Below the pieces are notes generated by a model that was not told where the DNA came from, ran no database searches, and was given only the letters and a program-made list of their open reading frames with translations. DNA of 64,000 nucleotides, from assembly GCA_016872215.1 (NCBI GenBank), contig VHAX01000010.1, positions 2,158 through 66,157 on the forward strand, given 5' to 3'. The stretch comes from Sphingomonadales bacterium. Its GTDB lineage: Bacteria > Bacteroidota > Bacteroidia > UBA7662. Positions 10,489-22,202 of this stretch are shown here, piece by piece; position 1 is the stretch's first letter; each line of letters opens with the position of its first letter. The translations under genes and the position numbers were made by a program.

Positions 10489-10935
10489 TCAGTTCTGGGC
10501 AACCAACTCCAAGTTAAGCTGGGCTTTGACCTCACGATGCAGGTCAATTTCTACTTCATACACTCCCAACTCCTTCATCTCTGAAGGAACGGAAATCTTG
10601 CGGCGGTCGATTTCCAGACCCTGTCCCTTCAAGGCCTCAGACACCTGCAGCGTAGTAACGGAACCAAATAGTCGTCCCTTTTCACCCACACGCACCGGAA
10701 GCACCAGATTCATGCCCGACAACGCCTCTGCCATAGTGCGGGCATCCTGAAGTACTTTCTCAACCCGGTGTGCAGCCTGACGAACATTTTCGTTGCGTTC
10801 TTTAACGTTTGACTCATTGGCAATGCGGGCTAAACCCTGGGGAATCAAATAGTTCCGACCGTAACCGGGCCGGACCTTCACGATGTCGTAACGGTAGCCA
10901 AGTCCTTTGATATCCTGATTCAGAATAATTTCCAT
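10489..10935 (-). CDS. rplI: 50S ribosomal protein L9
   Basis: MEIILNQDIKGLG...YLIPQGLA is the L9 N-terminal domain, in the S6-S18-L9 operon order. Confidence 0.95.
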   Translation of the reverse strand: MEIILNQDIKGLGYRYDIVKVRPGYGRNYLIPQGLARIANESNVKERNENVRQAAHRVEKVLQDARTMAEALSGMNLVLPVRVGEKGRLFGSVTTLQVSEALKGQGLEIDRRKISVPSEMKELGVYEVEIDLHREVKAQLNLELVAQN

Positions 10936-10960
10936 GTCACAATTCTTTTTGGGCTGTGGG

Positions 10961-11218
10961 TTATTTCAATCCATCGGCTACGTAGGGTAACAGAGCCAGG
11001 TGGCGGGCACGTTTAATGGCCTGCGACACCTTGCGCTGGTATTTCAGGGAGGTACCGGTTAGGCGGCGGGGCAGGATTTTTCCCTGCTCATTCACCAAAC
11101 GGAGCAGGAAATCGGGGTCTTTGTAGTCGATATACTTGATCCCGCTCTTTTTGAAGCGGCAGTATTTTTTACGGGTCTCTTCTTTGACCGGTATGGCGGC
11201 AAAACTATTGCTGATCAT
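10961..11218 (-). CDS. rpsR: 30S ribosomal protein S18
   Basis: YCRFKK...IDYKD...LPRRLTG...[20 protein letters not shown] is the S18 signature. Confidence 0.9.
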   Translation of the reverse strand: MISNSFAAIPVKEETRKKYCRFKKSGIKYIDYKDPDFLLRLVNEQGKILPRRLTGTSLKYQRKVSQAIKRARHLALLPYVADGLK

Positions 11219-11582
11219 GGGCGGGCTCGGTTTGGGTTTGCTTTGACTTGGACTTTCGGTCTGGATTGCGACGCGACTGGTTGTACAGCACAGCGTGTTT
11301 ATCGAGTAAAACGGTCAGAAATCGAAGAACAAGCTCATCGCGGCGAAACTCAAGCTCAAGTTTGTCGACCAGACTCGCATCTCCCTTGAATTCAAACAGG
11401 TGGTAAAACCCACTTGATTTCTTACGGATGCTGTAAGCCATTTGTTTGAGTCCCCAGCTTTCCTGGTGGACAATCTCGGCGCCGTTTACCTCCAGCACCT
11501 GTCTAAACTTCCCGACCGCTTCAGATACCATCTCTTCCGTTAGTACGGGTGTGAGAATGAAAACGGTTTCATATTGGTTCAT
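11205..11582 (-). CDS. rpsF: 30S ribosomal protein S6
   Basis: [12 protein letters not shown] is the S6 N-terminus. A -7 box (TATCTTTG) lies 23 nt upstream of the start. Confidence 0.9.
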   Translation of the reverse strand: MNQYETVFILTPVLTEEMVSEAVGKFRQVLEVNGAEIVHQESWGLKQMAYSIRKKSSGFYHLFEFKGDASLVDKLELEFRRDELVLRFLTVLLDKHAVLYNQSRRNPDRKSKSKQTQTEPAHDQQ

Positions 11583-11604
11583 GAACGGATTTTTTATGAG
11601 GGTG

Positions 11605-11612
11605 CAAAGATA
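11605..11612 (-). promoter_or_regulatory. -7 box TATCTTTG (extended motif TTATCTTTGCACCCTC) for the rpsF-rpsR-rplI operon
   Basis: TAnnTTTG on the minus strand, 23 nt upstream of the rpsF ATG. The same extended motif occurs upstream of tRNA-Leu and rpsO. Confidence 0.55.
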
Positions 11613-11648
11613 AGAAAAAAGAAAATCAAAACCTATTATATTTGTAAG

Positions 11649-13544
11649 GTGGAACCCTACCTAGTATCCTTCAGAAGACACCGGCCCGACTCCTTCCTTT
11701 CGGTAGTCGGACAAACCCACATCACCCAAACCTTAAAAAATTCCATTCGGTCCGACAAACTAGCCCAAGTCATGCTATTCTGCGGACCCCGTGGAGTCGG
11801 GAAGACTACCTGTGCACGCATATTGGCGAAGACCGTAAATTGCCTCCAGCCAACTGGTGAGGCCGAAGCCTGCGGTCAGTGCAAAAGTTGCCTGTCGATC
11901 CGCGACGGTGGCTCGCTGGCCATTTATGAACTCGATGCCGCATCCAACAATTCGGTCGACGATATCAGAAGCCTGGTCGAACAGGTTCGGTATCCGCCGC
12001 AGGGGGGAAAATTCAAGGTGTACATCATCGATGAGGTGCATATGTTGAGCACTGCTGCGTTTAATGCCTTCCTGAAAACCCTTGAAGAACCACCACCCTA
12101 CGCGATTTTCATCCTCGCCACCACCGAGAAACACAAAATCCTGCCTACCATTTTGTCGCGCTGCCAGGTCTATCACTTCAATCGGATCCGTGTACCCGAC
12201 ATCGCAGGTGAATTAGAGAGGGTTTGTAAATCCGACGGCATACCCTATGAAGAACAAGCACTATTTGCCCTGGCGGAAAAATCGGATGGTGCTCTGCGGG
12301 ATGCGCTCAGCATGCTGGATCAGATCGTTGGGTTTTCTGGTGGACAACTGAGACTGGAGGATGTGGTCAGAAACCTGAATCTCCTTGACAGCCGCTGCTT
12401 TTTCGACGCCACAGATTATATACTGTCGGGCGACTTTACGTCATTGCTGCTGTTGCTCCAAAAGATTATTGTCGACGGATTTGAAACCGATGCGTTCCTG
12501 GCCGGACTCGCCTCGCACTGGAGATTGCTGCTGCTTGCTCGTGATGAGCGGACACGCGAACTGCTGGAGATGGGAAAAGACAGCCTTCCGGAGTACGTCC
12601 GACAAGGAGAACGGCTATCGATCGACATACATCTGAGCGGACTGAACCTTTTGGCGCAAGCAGAATTGAACCACCGCCAAAGTCACAACACCCGCCTTCA
12701 TGCAGAGATGGCACTCGCCAAACTCTGCTATGCGCGGTATCTTCTTCTACCCCCTGATTCGGATATACCGGAATCCACTGAGCCGGGCGGTGGACGAATT
12801 CCTTTGTCGGGTTCAAATCAGCCGGAATCCAATCCCGGAATACAGAATCTACCGAGCGGCCAATCTGACAAAATCAATAAACCAAAAGACAGAACCACGC
12901 CGATTAAACAGGACGAATCGACCGAAGATGATGGATCCGGCAGTTCTGCAGTCAGGCAGGCACCCTGTAAAGAGGTACCTGTCGTAGTTGCCCCCGCTCA
13001 AGAGGAACCCGCACAAGATGAACCCACTTATGAGGCAACCGTTCAAGATGTGCCCAAAATCGAAGCTGTGCCCATCAAGGTATCCCGAATCAAATCACCC
13101 CATTTAAATCCGACCCCTGATTCCACAACAGCAAACAACCCGGATGATGGGGAACAACGTTCAGATCTTTCAACCCTGGTTGAAAAGGTCACCCTGGATC
13201 ATGCGTGGGGTCGAATGCTTGAGCACCTACTCAACGAGGGACGCAAACACGCTCATAGCGCCCTTATTCAGGTTAAACCTGTATTAAATAATCAATCGGA
13301 AATCGAAATACCTGTAGAACACGATGCGTTGCGTACGGCACTCGAACTGCTGCAATTTGAGTTGACCAACCAACTGAGAAGATGGACTGGCATCGCAGAT
13401 ATGCGGTTAAAATTGGTAATCGCAACACCAGATGCCAGATCGGCATCCTACGCAACGATTTCAGAAAAAAAACAAAGGTTAATGGGACGTTATCCCAAAA
13501 TCAATCCATTTATCAATAAAATAGGCTTGGAATGGTCTTACTAA
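11649..13544 (+). CDS. dnaX: DNA polymerase III subunits gamma/tau
   Basis: RPDSFLSVVGQ...GPRGVGKTT (Walker A)...DEVHMLS, with a tau-like Pro/Glu-rich linker. I placed the start at GTG 11649 (MEPYLVSFRRHRP). The ORF-track ATG at 11574 would overlap the rpsF start and promoter. A TATATTTG -7 box sits at 11634-11641. Confidence 0.82.
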   Translation: MEPYLVSFRRHRPDSFLSVVGQTHITQTLKNSIRSDKLAQVMLFCGPRGVGKTTCARILAKTVNCLQPTGEAEACGQCKSCLSIRDGGSLAIYELDAASNNSVDDIRSLVEQVRYPPQGGKFKVYIIDEVHMLSTAAFNAFLKTLEEPPPYAIFILATTEKHKILPTILSRCQVYHFNRIRVPDIAGELERVCKSDGIPYEEQALFALAEKSDGALRDALSMLDQIVGFSGGQLRLEDVVRNLNLLDSRCFFDATDYILSGDFTSLLLLLQKIIVDGFETDAFLAGLASHWRLLLLARDERTRELLEMGKDSLPEYVRQGERLSIDIHLSGLNLLAQAELNHRQSHNTRLHAEMALAKLCYARYLLLPPDSDIPESTEPGGGRIPLSGSNQPESNPGIQNLPSGQSDKINKPKDRTTPIKQDESTEDDGSGSSAVRQAPCKEVPVVVAPAQEEPAQDEPTYEATVQDVPKIEAVPIKVSRIKSPHLNPTPDSTTANNPDDGEQRSDLSTLVEKVTLDHAWGRMLEHLLNEGRKHAHSALIQVKPVLNNQSEIEIPVEHDALRTALELLQFELTNQLRRWTGIADMRLKLVIATPDARSASYATISEKKQRLMGRYPKINPFINKIGLEWSY

Positions 13545-13822
13545 TACGTTCTAAAGCGTTTTGCTGCAGTTCGTATTAAAAATTTCTGCCAGAAAAGATT
13601 AAATCTTAGCAACCAAAATTCGACTGAGCTGAGATTAGTCCTGTGCGAGTCGCAAATTCGTCGAGATTCATTTTGTACTACGGGGCAAATATGTAAAACG
13701 CATATTTCTAAAAAAAATAAACAGTTCAGTGACAAATCAGGTCTTGACTAATCAAAAATATTTACTAACTTTGTCGCGGTTTGTAAGAAATTTTATGATG
13801 TATAACCCTTTAAAAAAAAGTA

Positions 13823-14359
13823 ATGTTAGTGAAAATCCCCCTGAAAAACACCGGCGAGACGGCCGTGGTTGATGCGGAGGTGTACGACTTTCTTGTGGAG
13901 AACCCGTACCTGAAAAAAATCAAATTCGTTGATAACCTTAGGAAACATTCCCGCGGATACGCATTCTTCCAAAAAAATTGGCCCTTGGGTGAGGGTGTTT
14001 ACAAAAATGAGACGATCTACCTGCACAAATTGATTGCCGAAAAATTCATAAACAAGCCAGATGCGAACGAACGGCTATTGGTAAACATCGTCAATAGCAA
14101 CCCGCTCGATTGCCGTAAAGGTAATCTGGAGTGGGCAAATCGCTCCAAAGTGGTACGGAACACTAACAAATCTGTGAACCGTTATGGTTATCGTGGTGTG
14201 GTGAAAAGCGGTAAAAAATACAGGGCGGTCATATTCAATAACAAAGTACGCTTTGATCTAGGCATTTTTGATACACCGATTGAAGCCGCCCGGGCATATA
14301 ATGTGAAATCGATGGAGTTCTTCGGAAAAACCAACGGTCTCAACCAAATCCCGGAATAG
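13823..14359 (+). CDS. HNH_3-like (catalytic His not conserved) plus AP2/ERF DNA-binding domain protein
   Basis: The C-terminal YRGV...GKYRAVIF...GIFDTPIEAARAYN is an AP2 integrase-type DNA-binding fold. The N-terminal LHKLIAEKF...VNIVNSNPLDCRKGNLEWANRSK aligns to the phage HNH_3 motif, but the His of the HNH core is replaced (NIVN). The local GC is lower than the flanks. Confidence 0.6.
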   Translation: MLVKIPLKNTGETAVVDAEVYDFLVENPYLKKIKFVDNLRKHSRGYAFFQKNWPLGEGVYKNETIYLHKLIAEKFINKPDANERLLVNIVNSNPLDCRKGNLEWANRSKVVRNTNKSVNRYGYRGVVKSGKKYRAVIFNNKVRFDLGIFDTPIEAARAYNVKSMEFFGKTNGLNQIPE

Positions 14360-14508
14360 AAATCCCCAGATCAGTCGCTCATACGCGATCAAATCAAACG
14401 ATTAAGACATTTTGTCTTGTTTTTCTCACAAAAAACTGACGGAATGTCTTTTTTTATTTAATGATTCGGATATGGTCGGGGGATTGCTGATTTCTGGAAA
14501 ACCTCAAC

Positions 14509-17124
14509 ATGAACCAGGAATCTTTAACCGCCAAATCGCAGGAGGCCCTGCAAAAGGCCATCGAAATCGCGCAACAAAATTCGAATCAGGCCATTGAAAA
14601 CGTGCACGTGCTGCTCGCTATCGAGCAGGTCGATAACCATCTCTTTTCCTATCTGTCCAAGAAGTGCGAAACCAAACCCGGTCGACTTCTGGAGGCACTA
14701 AGGGTGCAAAATAAGTCACTACCCAAGGTAGAAGGAGCCCAACCATACCTGCATACCGACACCCAGCGTAGTCTCACCAAAGCCAACGAAAGCGCGAAAA
14801 GCATGGGCGATAGTCACGTCGCCCTCGAGCACCTGATTCTAGCTATTTCAACGGGTCGCGACCCGGCCGCATCCTTACTAAAGGACGCTGGATTCACTTT
14901 GGAGAAACTTACATCAGCCATTTCTGAGCTTAGAAAAGGTGCTCGGGTGAGCGATGCCAACGCGGAAAATACCTACAACACACTCGATAAATATGCCCGT
15001 AACCTGAACCAATTGGCAGAGACGGGGAAACTCGATCCGGTAATTGGTCGCGACGAAGAGATAAGGCGGGTCATACAGATTCTGAGCAGGAGAACCAAAA
15101 ACAATCCGATATTAATAGGAGAGCCAGGCGTAGGCAAAACCGCCATTGCAGAAGGCATTGCCTTTCGGATTATCAAGGGGGATGTGCCCGAAAATTTAAA
15201 ACATAAGGTTGTGTATTCGCTGGATATGGGTGCGATTATTGCCGGTGCCAAATACAAAGGCGAATTCGAGGAACGCCTGAAATCGGTAATTCGCGAGGTC
15301 ACTGAAAGCGACGGCACCCTTATTTTGTTCATCGACGAAATCCACACCCTGGTAGGCGTAGGCAGCGGTGGAGAAGGCGCCATGGATGCAGCCAATATAC
15401 TCAAGCCCGCGTTGGCCCGGGGAGAATTACGTGCTATTGGAGCCACTACCCTTTCGGAATACCAGAAATATTTTGAAAAAGACAAGGCGCTGGAACGAAG
15501 GTTTCAAAAAGTACTGGTTGAGGAACCCGATGCCGCCGACGCAATCAGTATTTTGCGTGGACTCAAAGAACGTTATGAGACCCACCACAAGGTTCTCATA
15601 CGCGATGAGGCGATATTGGCCGCGGTTGAGCTGAGTCAGCGCTACATCACCGACCGATTTTTGCCTGACAAAGCCATTGACCTGATCGACGAATCGGCTG
15701 CCCGACTGAGAATCGAGATCGATTCGGTGCCTGAGGAGCTGGATGAATTGGAACGTCGCATCATGCAGCTCGAAATTGAGAAGCAAGCTATGCTGCGCGA
15801 AAACGACACGGACAAAGTGAAACTGATCGATCTTGATTTGTCGGATCTCCGCAGCGAGGCCGATAGCCTGAGAGGCCGTTGGCGATCAGAAAAGGAACTG
15901 ATGGAAAAAATCCAGTCGGCCAAAGAGCAAATCGAACAACTTCGGTTGGAAGCCGAGCAAGCCGAACGGGCCGCAGACTATGGCCGGGTAGCAGAAATTC
16001 GTTACGGACGACTCAAAGAAGCTGAAACGAATTTGATTACGTGGCAACATCAGGCGAAAAACGAATCAGCGCGCGACAAGATGCTTAAAGAGGAGGTAAC
16101 CGCGGAGGATGTGGCGGAGGTAGTGTCGAAATGGACCGGTGTTCCGGTGCAGAAATTGCTGGAAGGTGAGCGAATTAAACTTTTGAGCATGGAAGAAGAG
16201 CTGCATAAAAGGGTAATTGGTCAGGATCAGGCCATTCGCGTGGTATCCGATGCCGTGCGCCGGTCCCGGTCGGGTCTGCATGACGAAAAACGCCCCGTAG
16301 GGAGCTTCCTGTTCCTGGGTTCTACAGGCGTAGGAAAAACCGAGCTGGCTAAAGCCATCGCGGCATTCCTATTCAATGACGAGCAGGCTATGGTGCGCAT
16401 CGACATGAGCGAATATCAGGAGAAGCACAGTGTATCGCGCCTTGTGGGCGCGCCTCCGGGGTACGTGGGCTATGATGAGGGAGGGCAGCTCACAGAGGCC
16501 GTGCGTACCCGCCCCTATTCGGTGATTCTGCTCGACGAAATCGAAAAGGCTCACCCCGATGTTTTTAATCTGTTGCTACAGGTGCTCGATGAAGGTCGGC
16601 TCACCGACAGCAAAGGCCGTACAGTCAATTTTCGCAATACCCTGATCGTAATGACCTCCAACCTCGGAGCCCATGTCATCCAGACGCGCCTCGAGGAAAT
16701 TGAGGATCGTAATCGGGAGCGGATTATGGCCGAAATAGAAACCGATCTGATGCAATTGCTGCGCGCCAGCCTTCGTCCTGAATTTTTGAACCGAATCGAT
16801 GAGATCGTTGTATTCCAACCCCTTTCAAAGAGCGAAATCCGACAAATAGTGGCACTGCATATCGGGCAACTGCGCAGGCAACTTCAAAACCAACACATCA
16901 GCGTGGCGGCCTCCGATTCGGCAATGAATTTCCTTGCGGAGGCCGGGTTTGATCCCCATTTCGGAGTACGGCCCCTGAAACGCATCATTCAGAAGGAAAT
17001 CCTAAACCGATTGTCGCGCGCCCTACTCTCGGGGGAAATCAAGTCGGAGCAAGCCATATGGATCGATTATTTCGAAGAGGCCGGTATCGTATTTCGCAAT
17101 TCAGTGGAGGAATCGGAAGACTAA
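14509..17124 (+). CDS. clpB: ATP-dependent chaperone ClpB (Hsp104-type disaggregase)
   Basis: Clp N domain, two AAA+ modules (GEPGVGKT and GSTGVGKT), and a long M-domain coiled coil in 871 aa. Confidence 0.95.
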   Translation: MNQESLTAKSQEALQKAIEIAQQNSNQAIENVHVLLAIEQVDNHLFSYLSKKCETKPGRLLEALRVQNKSLPKVEGAQPYLHTDTQRSLTKANESAKSMGDSHVALEHLILAISTGRDPAASLLKDAGFTLEKLTSAISELRKGARVSDANAENTYNTLDKYARNLNQLAETGKLDPVIGRDEEIRRVIQILSRRTKNNPILIGEPGVGKTAIAEGIAFRIIKGDVPENLKHKVVYSLDMGAIIAGAKYKGEFEERLKSVIREVTESDGTLILFIDEIHTLVGVGSGGEGAMDAANILKPALARGELRAIGATTLSEYQKYFEKDKALERRFQKVLVEEPDAADAISILRGLKERYETHHKVLIRDEAILAAVELSQRYITDRFLPDKAIDLIDESAARLRIEIDSVPEELDELERRIMQLEIEKQAMLRENDTDKVKLIDLDLSDLRSEADSLRGRWRSEKELMEKIQSAKEQIEQLRLEAEQAERAADYGRVAEIRYGRLKEAETNLITWQHQAKNESARDKMLKEEVTAEDVAEVVSKWTGVPVQKLLEGERIKLLSMEEELHKRVIGQDQAIRVVSDAVRRSRSGLHDEKRPVGSFLFLGSTGVGKTELAKAIAAFLFNDEQAMVRIDMSEYQEKHSVSRLVGAPPGYVGYDEGGQLTEAVRTRPYSVILLDEIEKAHPDVFNLLLQVLDEGRLTDSKGRTVNFRNTLIVMTSNLGAHVIQTRLEEIEDRNRERIMAEIETDLMQLLRASLRPEFLNRIDEIVVFQPLSKSEIRQIVALHIGQLRRQLQNQHISVAASDSAMNFLAEAGFDPHFGVRPLKRIIQKEILNRLSRALLSGEIKSEQAIWIDYFEEAGIVFRNSVEESED

Positions 17125-17135
17125 ATGGTGTACTT

Positions 17136-18746
17136 TTGCACCCCGTGAACCCACAACAGGAAATCGCGCGGCGCAGAACCTTCGCCATCATATCACACCC
17201 CGATGCGGGCAAAACCACGCTCACGGAAAAGTTCCTCCTGTTCGGAGGTGCCATTCAAACGGCCGGTGCCGTAAAAAGCAATAAAATCCGCAAATCGGCC
17301 ACATCCGATTTTATGGAGATCGAAAAGCAGAGGGGCATTTCAGTGGCTACCTCGGTGATGGGCTTTGACTATAATGGATTCCGGGTCAACATCCTCGATA
17401 CTCCGGGCCACAAAGATTTTGCAGAGGATACATATAGAACGCTTACCGCGGTCGACTCTGTGATTCTGGTGGTTGACATCGCACGGGGTGTGGAGGAGCA
17501 GACCGACAAACTCATGACCATCTGCCGGATGCGGCAGATTCCGGTCATGATTTTCGTAAACAAAATGGACCGCGACGGGAAGGATCCTTTCGACCTGTTG
17601 GACGAGCTGGAGAACAAGCTGAAAATTCAGGTAACACCCCTCAGCTGGCCAATATCAGGGGGGGCAACTTTTAAAGGGGTTTACAACCTCCACAAAAGTC
17701 AGCTCAATCTGTTTTCGCCCAATAAAACCGGTCTCTCCGACGATGTTCGTTCATTTGAATCGCTTCATGATCCGGCCATCGACACCAATTTGGGGCGCGC
17801 TGCCGATAGCCTGAGGCAAGAGATCGAGTTAACTTCGGTTTTGCCCGAATTTTCGAAGAAAGCCTACCTTGAGGGCAACCTGGCACCCGTTTTTTTTGGC
17901 AGCGCCCTCAATAATTTTGGCATTCAGGAGCTGCTTGACACCTTCGTTGAACTGGCCCCCGCACCTGTTTCGAGAACCACCAACCAGGGTACGGTGATGC
18001 CCGATGACAAGAACCTATCAGGCTTTGTTTTTAAAATCCACGCCAACCTAGACCCCAACCATCGGGATCGAATCGCATTTTTCAGGATTTGTTCGGGTGT
18101 TTTCAAAAAAAATCAATTCTATTTCCATCCCAGACTTCGGAAAAAATTCAGGTTCAGTACACCGGTCATGTTTCAGGCCAACGAACGAAATCTGGTAGAA
18201 GAAGCATGGCCTGGTGATGTGGTTGGACTCTACGATACGGGCAATTTTAAAATTGGGGACTCACTCACAGAGGGGGCGGGGTTTTTCTTCAAAGGTATTC
18301 CGGCTTTTTCACCGGAAATCTTCCGGGCCGTGGAAAACCAAGATCCCTTTCGGGCCAAGCAGTTTGAAAAAGGCCTGCGACAGTTGACAGACGAAGGTGT
18401 CGCCCAATTATTTACCCAACAGCCGGGTAACCGAAAGATCATTGGCACGGTGGGTGAACTGCAGTTTGATGTCATAAAATTCAGGCTTTTACAAGAGTAT
18501 GGGGCGAATGTTGTGTTTCGTCCGCTTGCCTACCTCAAAGCCTGCTGGGTGGAGAGTGAGAATCCTGCCGATGCCGAGGATTTCTTTAGGTTCAAACAAG
18601 AACAGATGGCATTCGACAAAGACGATCGCCTGGTCTATCTGGCCGATAGCCTTTGGATGTTAGAGCGGTCCATCGCAGATTACCCCAAATTAGTCTTCCG
18701 CTTTTCAGCTGAAGTCATGCTCAAAGAAGAAGATACTGCGGATTAA
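17136..18746 (+). CDS. prfC: Peptide chain release factor 3
   Basis: [21 protein letters not shown]-domain with DTPGHKDF and NKMDR motifs. There is no in-frame ATG after the clpB stop, so the start is likely TTG 17136 or GTG 17145. Confidence 0.85.
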   Translation: MHPVNPQQEIARRRTFAIISHPDAGKTTLTEKFLLFGGAIQTAGAVKSNKIRKSATSDFMEIEKQRGISVATSVMGFDYNGFRVNILDTPGHKDFAEDTYRTLTAVDSVILVVDIARGVEEQTDKLMTICRMRQIPVMIFVNKMDRDGKDPFDLLDELENKLKIQVTPLSWPISGGATFKGVYNLHKSQLNLFSPNKTGLSDDVRSFESLHDPAIDTNLGRAADSLRQEIELTSVLPEFSKKAYLEGNLAPVFFGSALNNFGIQELLDTFVELAPAPVSRTTNQGTVMPDDKNLSGFVFKIHANLDPNHRDRIAFFRICSGVFKKNQFYFHPRLRKKFRFSTPVMFQANERNLVEEAWPGDVVGLYDTGNFKIGDSLTEGAGFFFKGIPAFSPEIFRAVENQDPFRAKQFEKGLRQLTDEGVAQLFTQQPGNRKIIGTVGELQFDVIKFRLLQEYGANVVFRPLAYLKACWVESENPADAEDFFRFKQEQMAFDKDDRLVYLADSLWMLERSIADYPKLVFRFSAEVMLKEEDTAD

Positions 18747-18790
18747 TCAATCTCATTCAACCTTCTGGCAACGGTCGAAGACGATACTAA

Positions 18791-19660
18791 TCAGTTTCCC
18801 CCGAGATATGCCTTGAGGATTCGGCTTTTGGTGGTGGCGCGCAGACGCCGGATAGATTTCTCCTTGATCTGACGTACGCGCTCACGTGTTAATCCCAGAT
18901 TAGACCCTATTTCCTCCAGCGTCTGCGGTTGTCGGCCTCCTAAACCGAAAAAGTACCGGAGCACGTCGGCCTCACGGGCAGTGAGTGCCATTAAGGCATA
19001 TTCGACCTCCTTGCTCAATGATTCATCGATCAGCGTGTTGTCGGGTTTCACAGCCTCCTCATCCCTCAATACGTCGAGCAGAGAACTATCCTCACCGTCG
19101 GCCAAGGGTGCATCCACAGAAATATGTCGACCCGAAACTTTTAGACTGTTCTCTATTTCACTCACCGTCATTTCCAGAATATCCGCCAGTTCTTCCGGGG
19201 TAGGCTCGCGCTCGAACTCCTGTTCGAGCCTGGAAAATGCCTTTACAATTTTGTTCAAGGTCCCTACCTGATTCAAAGGAATCCGTACAATTCGTGACTG
19301 TTCGGCGAGTGCCTGTAGGATTGACTGACGAATCCACCAGACGGCATAGGAAATAAATTTAAATCCTCTGGTTTCGTCGAATCGTTGTGCGGCTTTGATT
19401 AAACCCAAATTACCCTCATTGATCAGGTCATTCAACGTCAGCCCCTGGTTCTGGTACTGTTTGGCCACCGACACCACAAATCTCAGGTTCGCAGTAGTCA
19501 GACGTTCCAGTGCTTTTTGGTCGCCCTGCCTGATGAGCCTGGCCAACTCAACCTCTTCGTCGGGACTAATCAAATCGACGCGGCCAATTTCCTGAAGATA
19601 CTTCTCAAGTGACTGACTTTCCCGATTGGTGATTTGCTTGCTGATTTTCAGCTGACGCAT
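18791..19660 (-). CDS. rpoD: RNA polymerase primary sigma factor (sigma-A, Bacteroidetes short type)
   Basis: Regions 1.2 through 4.2 are present ([42 protein letters not shown]). The 289-aa length without a region 1.1 acidic extension is typical of Bacteroidota sigma-A. Confidence 0.9.
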   Translation of the reverse strand: MRQLKISKQITNRESQSLEKYLQEIGRVDLISPDEEVELARLIRQGDQKALERLTTANLRFVVSVAKQYQNQGLTLNDLINEGNLGLIKAAQRFDETRGFKFISYAVWWIRQSILQALAEQSRIVRIPLNQVGTLNKIVKAFSRLEQEFEREPTPEELADILEMTVSEIENSLKVSGRHISVDAPLADGEDSSLLDVLRDEEAVKPDNTLIDESLSKEVEYALMALTAREADVLRYFFGLGGRQPQTLEEIGSNLGLTRERVRQIKEKSIRRLRATTKSRILKAYLGGN

Positions 19661-19763
19661 AGGCTATTGTTGATATTCTGACGAAAAATCATCCAAAATC
19701 AAGAAACAACTAGTCAGAATTTTTAATGAAATCAAGCGGAAACTAGAATCACGGCCAAAATTC

Positions 19764-19792
19764 AACAAAAAAGAGGTTGATGCAACCTCCTT
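19764..19792 (-). terminator. Rho-independent terminator downstream of pnp
   Basis: On the minus strand: GAGGTTG-CAT-CAACCTC hairpin followed by TTTTTTG. Confidence 0.6.
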
Positions 19793-19877
19793 TAATATAA
19801 TGAAAAATCAGTACCCCAATACTCCCGACGTTTGCCCCGTTCAAACCGATCCAGACGATCATCCACAATCAAAGCAA

Positions 19878-22100
19878 TCACCCACGATCCGGGCGGTCGC
19901 CCCGATCTCTACGTTCACCCCGGTCTCTGCGGTCGCCTCCCCTATCATCACGATCGCGTCGGGGTGGGCGTTCTGAGATCTCTGGCATGCCTTCCGGCCT
20001 TGGTAACAATGCTTTGGCCGACAACCGGAATTTACCTGTTTTGGGATCGATCTCCACAAGTTTCACCTGGATTTGGTCGCCCTCCTTATACACTCCGTCC
20101 ATGCTTTCCAGGCGTTCCCATCTGATTTCGCTGATGTGCAATAGTCCATCCTTACCAGGCAGAAACTCAACAAAAGCACCAAACGGCATAATCGAACGCA
20201 CCTTTCCGGTATAGATCGTTCCCACCTCAGCCTTAGCCGCAATACCAGTGATTCGACGCACTGCTGCATCCATGCCAGTCTTATCGGCCGTGTATATTTG
20301 TACCATTCCGAATTCACCTACCTCTTCTATGCTGATGGTAGAATTGGTTTCGCGTTGAATCTCCTGGATGATTTTACCACCAGGTCCGATCACAGCCCCG
20401 ATGAACTCCCGGTCAATTTTTAATTGGGTGATGCGGGGTACATGCGGGCGATAGTCGTCGCGCGGAGCCGCGAGTGACTTATTCATCTCATTGAGGATGT
20501 GCGCTCTTCCTTCTGCGGCTTGCGCCAGAGCCTTTGACAAGACCTCGGCTGGCAAACCATCGATTTTGATATCCATTTGGCACCCTGTGATGCCTTTAGC
20601 TGTGCCGGTAACTTTAAAGTCCATGTCCCCCAGGTGATCCTCATCCCCTAAAATGTCCGAAAGCACTTTAAAGCGACTACCATCAGTAATCAGACCCATA
20701 GCAATTCCCGAAACAGGTCCACTGATTTTCACACCGGCATCCATCAAGGCGAGCGATCCGGCACATACAGTAGCCATAGAAGAGGAACCATTCGACTCCA
20801 GAATGTCACTAACAATGCGAATCGTGTAGGGGCACTCCTCCTGAGGCGGCAGCACTTGCTTTAGTGAACGCATGGCCAGATTGCCGTGACCGATTTCTCG
20901 ACGGCCCGGACCCCGATTGGGGCGCGTTTCACCAGTTGAAAAAGACGGGAAATTGTAGTGAAGCATGAAACGGTTGTAGCCCGCGAACATGGCACCGTCC
21001 AACATTTGCTCATCATCCTTGGAACCAAGGGTTACAGAAGTTAGTGACTGGGTTTCACCTCGCGTGAATACAGCCGAACCGTGCGGTGATGGCAAATACC
21101 CCACTTCGCACCAGATGGGGCGGATGACGTCTAGTTTGCGGCCATCGAGCCTGCGTTCCTCATCGAGGATCATATTGCGCATGGCACGATACTCTACATC
21201 ATGGAAATATTTACGGGTCAGAAACGAATCGGGCGTCTCTCCTTCCGGATGCGACGCGATAAATTCCTGCAAAACCTGCATAAAACCCGCAGAACGCTCC
21301 TGTTTTGGAGCCCCGGAACGGGCAACGGCATATACTTTGTCGTAGCAAAACGACTCAATTGCGTTTTGCAATTCAACATCGCTGCGCTCATGGCTGTAAG
21401 TCCGGGGCAAAACACCCACCATTGCACGAAGGCGGAGCTGAGCCTGGCATTGAACCTTTATCGCTTCATGGGCAAAGTGTATGGCAGCCGCGAGTTCGTC
21501 TTCTGAACATTCCTTGGCTTCACCTTCTACCATCACCACGTTGTCGATCGTGGCCGCCACAATAATATCGATGTCGGCCTGATCCATCTGGGAAATACCC
21601 GGGTTGACTACAAATTGGCCGCTGATTCGGGCCACCCTGACCTCCGAAATCGGCCCGTTGAATGGAACATCCGAGACAGAGAGGGCCGCGGAAGCTGCCA
21701 GTCCTGCCAATGCATCGGGCTGAATATCCTTATCGGCACTGATGAGGGTCACCTGCACCTGCGTGTCGGCGTGGTAATCCTCGGGAAACATGGGTCTGAG
21801 TGCGCGGTCGATGAGTCGACTAATCAAAATTTCGTAGTCCGACAATCTTCCTTCTCTTTTAAGGAATCCTCCGGGAATCTTGCCGGTTGATGCAAACTTC
21901 TCCTGATAGTCGACCGTGAGGGGCATAAAATCAACGTCTTCCTTGGCCTCCTTTGCCGATACGACGGTAGCGAGCAACATGGTGTCGCCCATTTTCAAAA
22001 CAACTGCACCGTTGGCTTGTTTGGCCAAAAGGCCAGTTTCCAAAATAATTTGGCGTCCATCGCCCAGATCGATGGTTTGTGTAATGGGTTGTGGTTTCAT
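19878..22100 (-). CDS. pnp: Polyribonucleotide nucleotidyltransferase (PNPase) with RD/RG-rich C-terminal tail
   Basis: Two RNase PH domains plus KH and S1 domains. The last ~30 aa are [30 protein letters not shown]. Confidence 0.95.
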   Translation of the reverse strand: MKPQPITQTIDLGDGRQIILETGLLAKQANGAVVLKMGDTMLLATVVSAKEAKEDVDFMPLTVDYQEKFASTGKIPGGFLKREGRLSDYEILISRLIDRALRPMFPEDYHADTQVQVTLISADKDIQPDALAGLAASAALSVSDVPFNGPISEVRVARISGQFVVNPGISQMDQADIDIIVAATIDNVVMVEGEAKECSEDELAAAIHFAHEAIKVQCQAQLRLRAMVGVLPRTYSHERSDVELQNAIESFCYDKVYAVARSGAPKQERSAGFMQVLQEFIASHPEGETPDSFLTRKYFHDVEYRAMRNMILDEERRLDGRKLDVIRPIWCEVGYLPSPHGSAVFTRGETQSLTSVTLGSKDDEQMLDGAMFAGYNRFMLHYNFPSFSTGETRPNRGPGRREIGHGNLAMRSLKQVLPPQEECPYTIRIVSDILESNGSSSMATVCAGSLALMDAGVKISGPVSGIAMGLITDGSRFKVLSDILGDEDHLGDMDFKVTGTAKGITGCQMDIKIDGLPAEVLSKALAQAAEGRAHILNEMNKSLAAPRDDYRPHVPRITQLKIDREFIGAVIGPGGKIIQEIQRETNSTISIEEVGEFGMVQIYTADKTGMDAAVRRITGIAAKAEVGTIYTGKVRSIMPFGAFVEFLPGKDGLLHISEIRWERLESMDGVYKEGDQIQVKLVEIDPKTGKFRLSAKALLPRPEGMPEISERPPRRDRDDRGGDRRDRGERRDRGDRPDRG

Positions 22101-22202
22101 AAATAATTAATTATTCTCAATGTTCTCTTACAGACAGCAGGGATCACCATACCTTCCATGGCGATCCATTGATTTCAATGCGCACCCCTGGGGGCACTGT
22201 GT

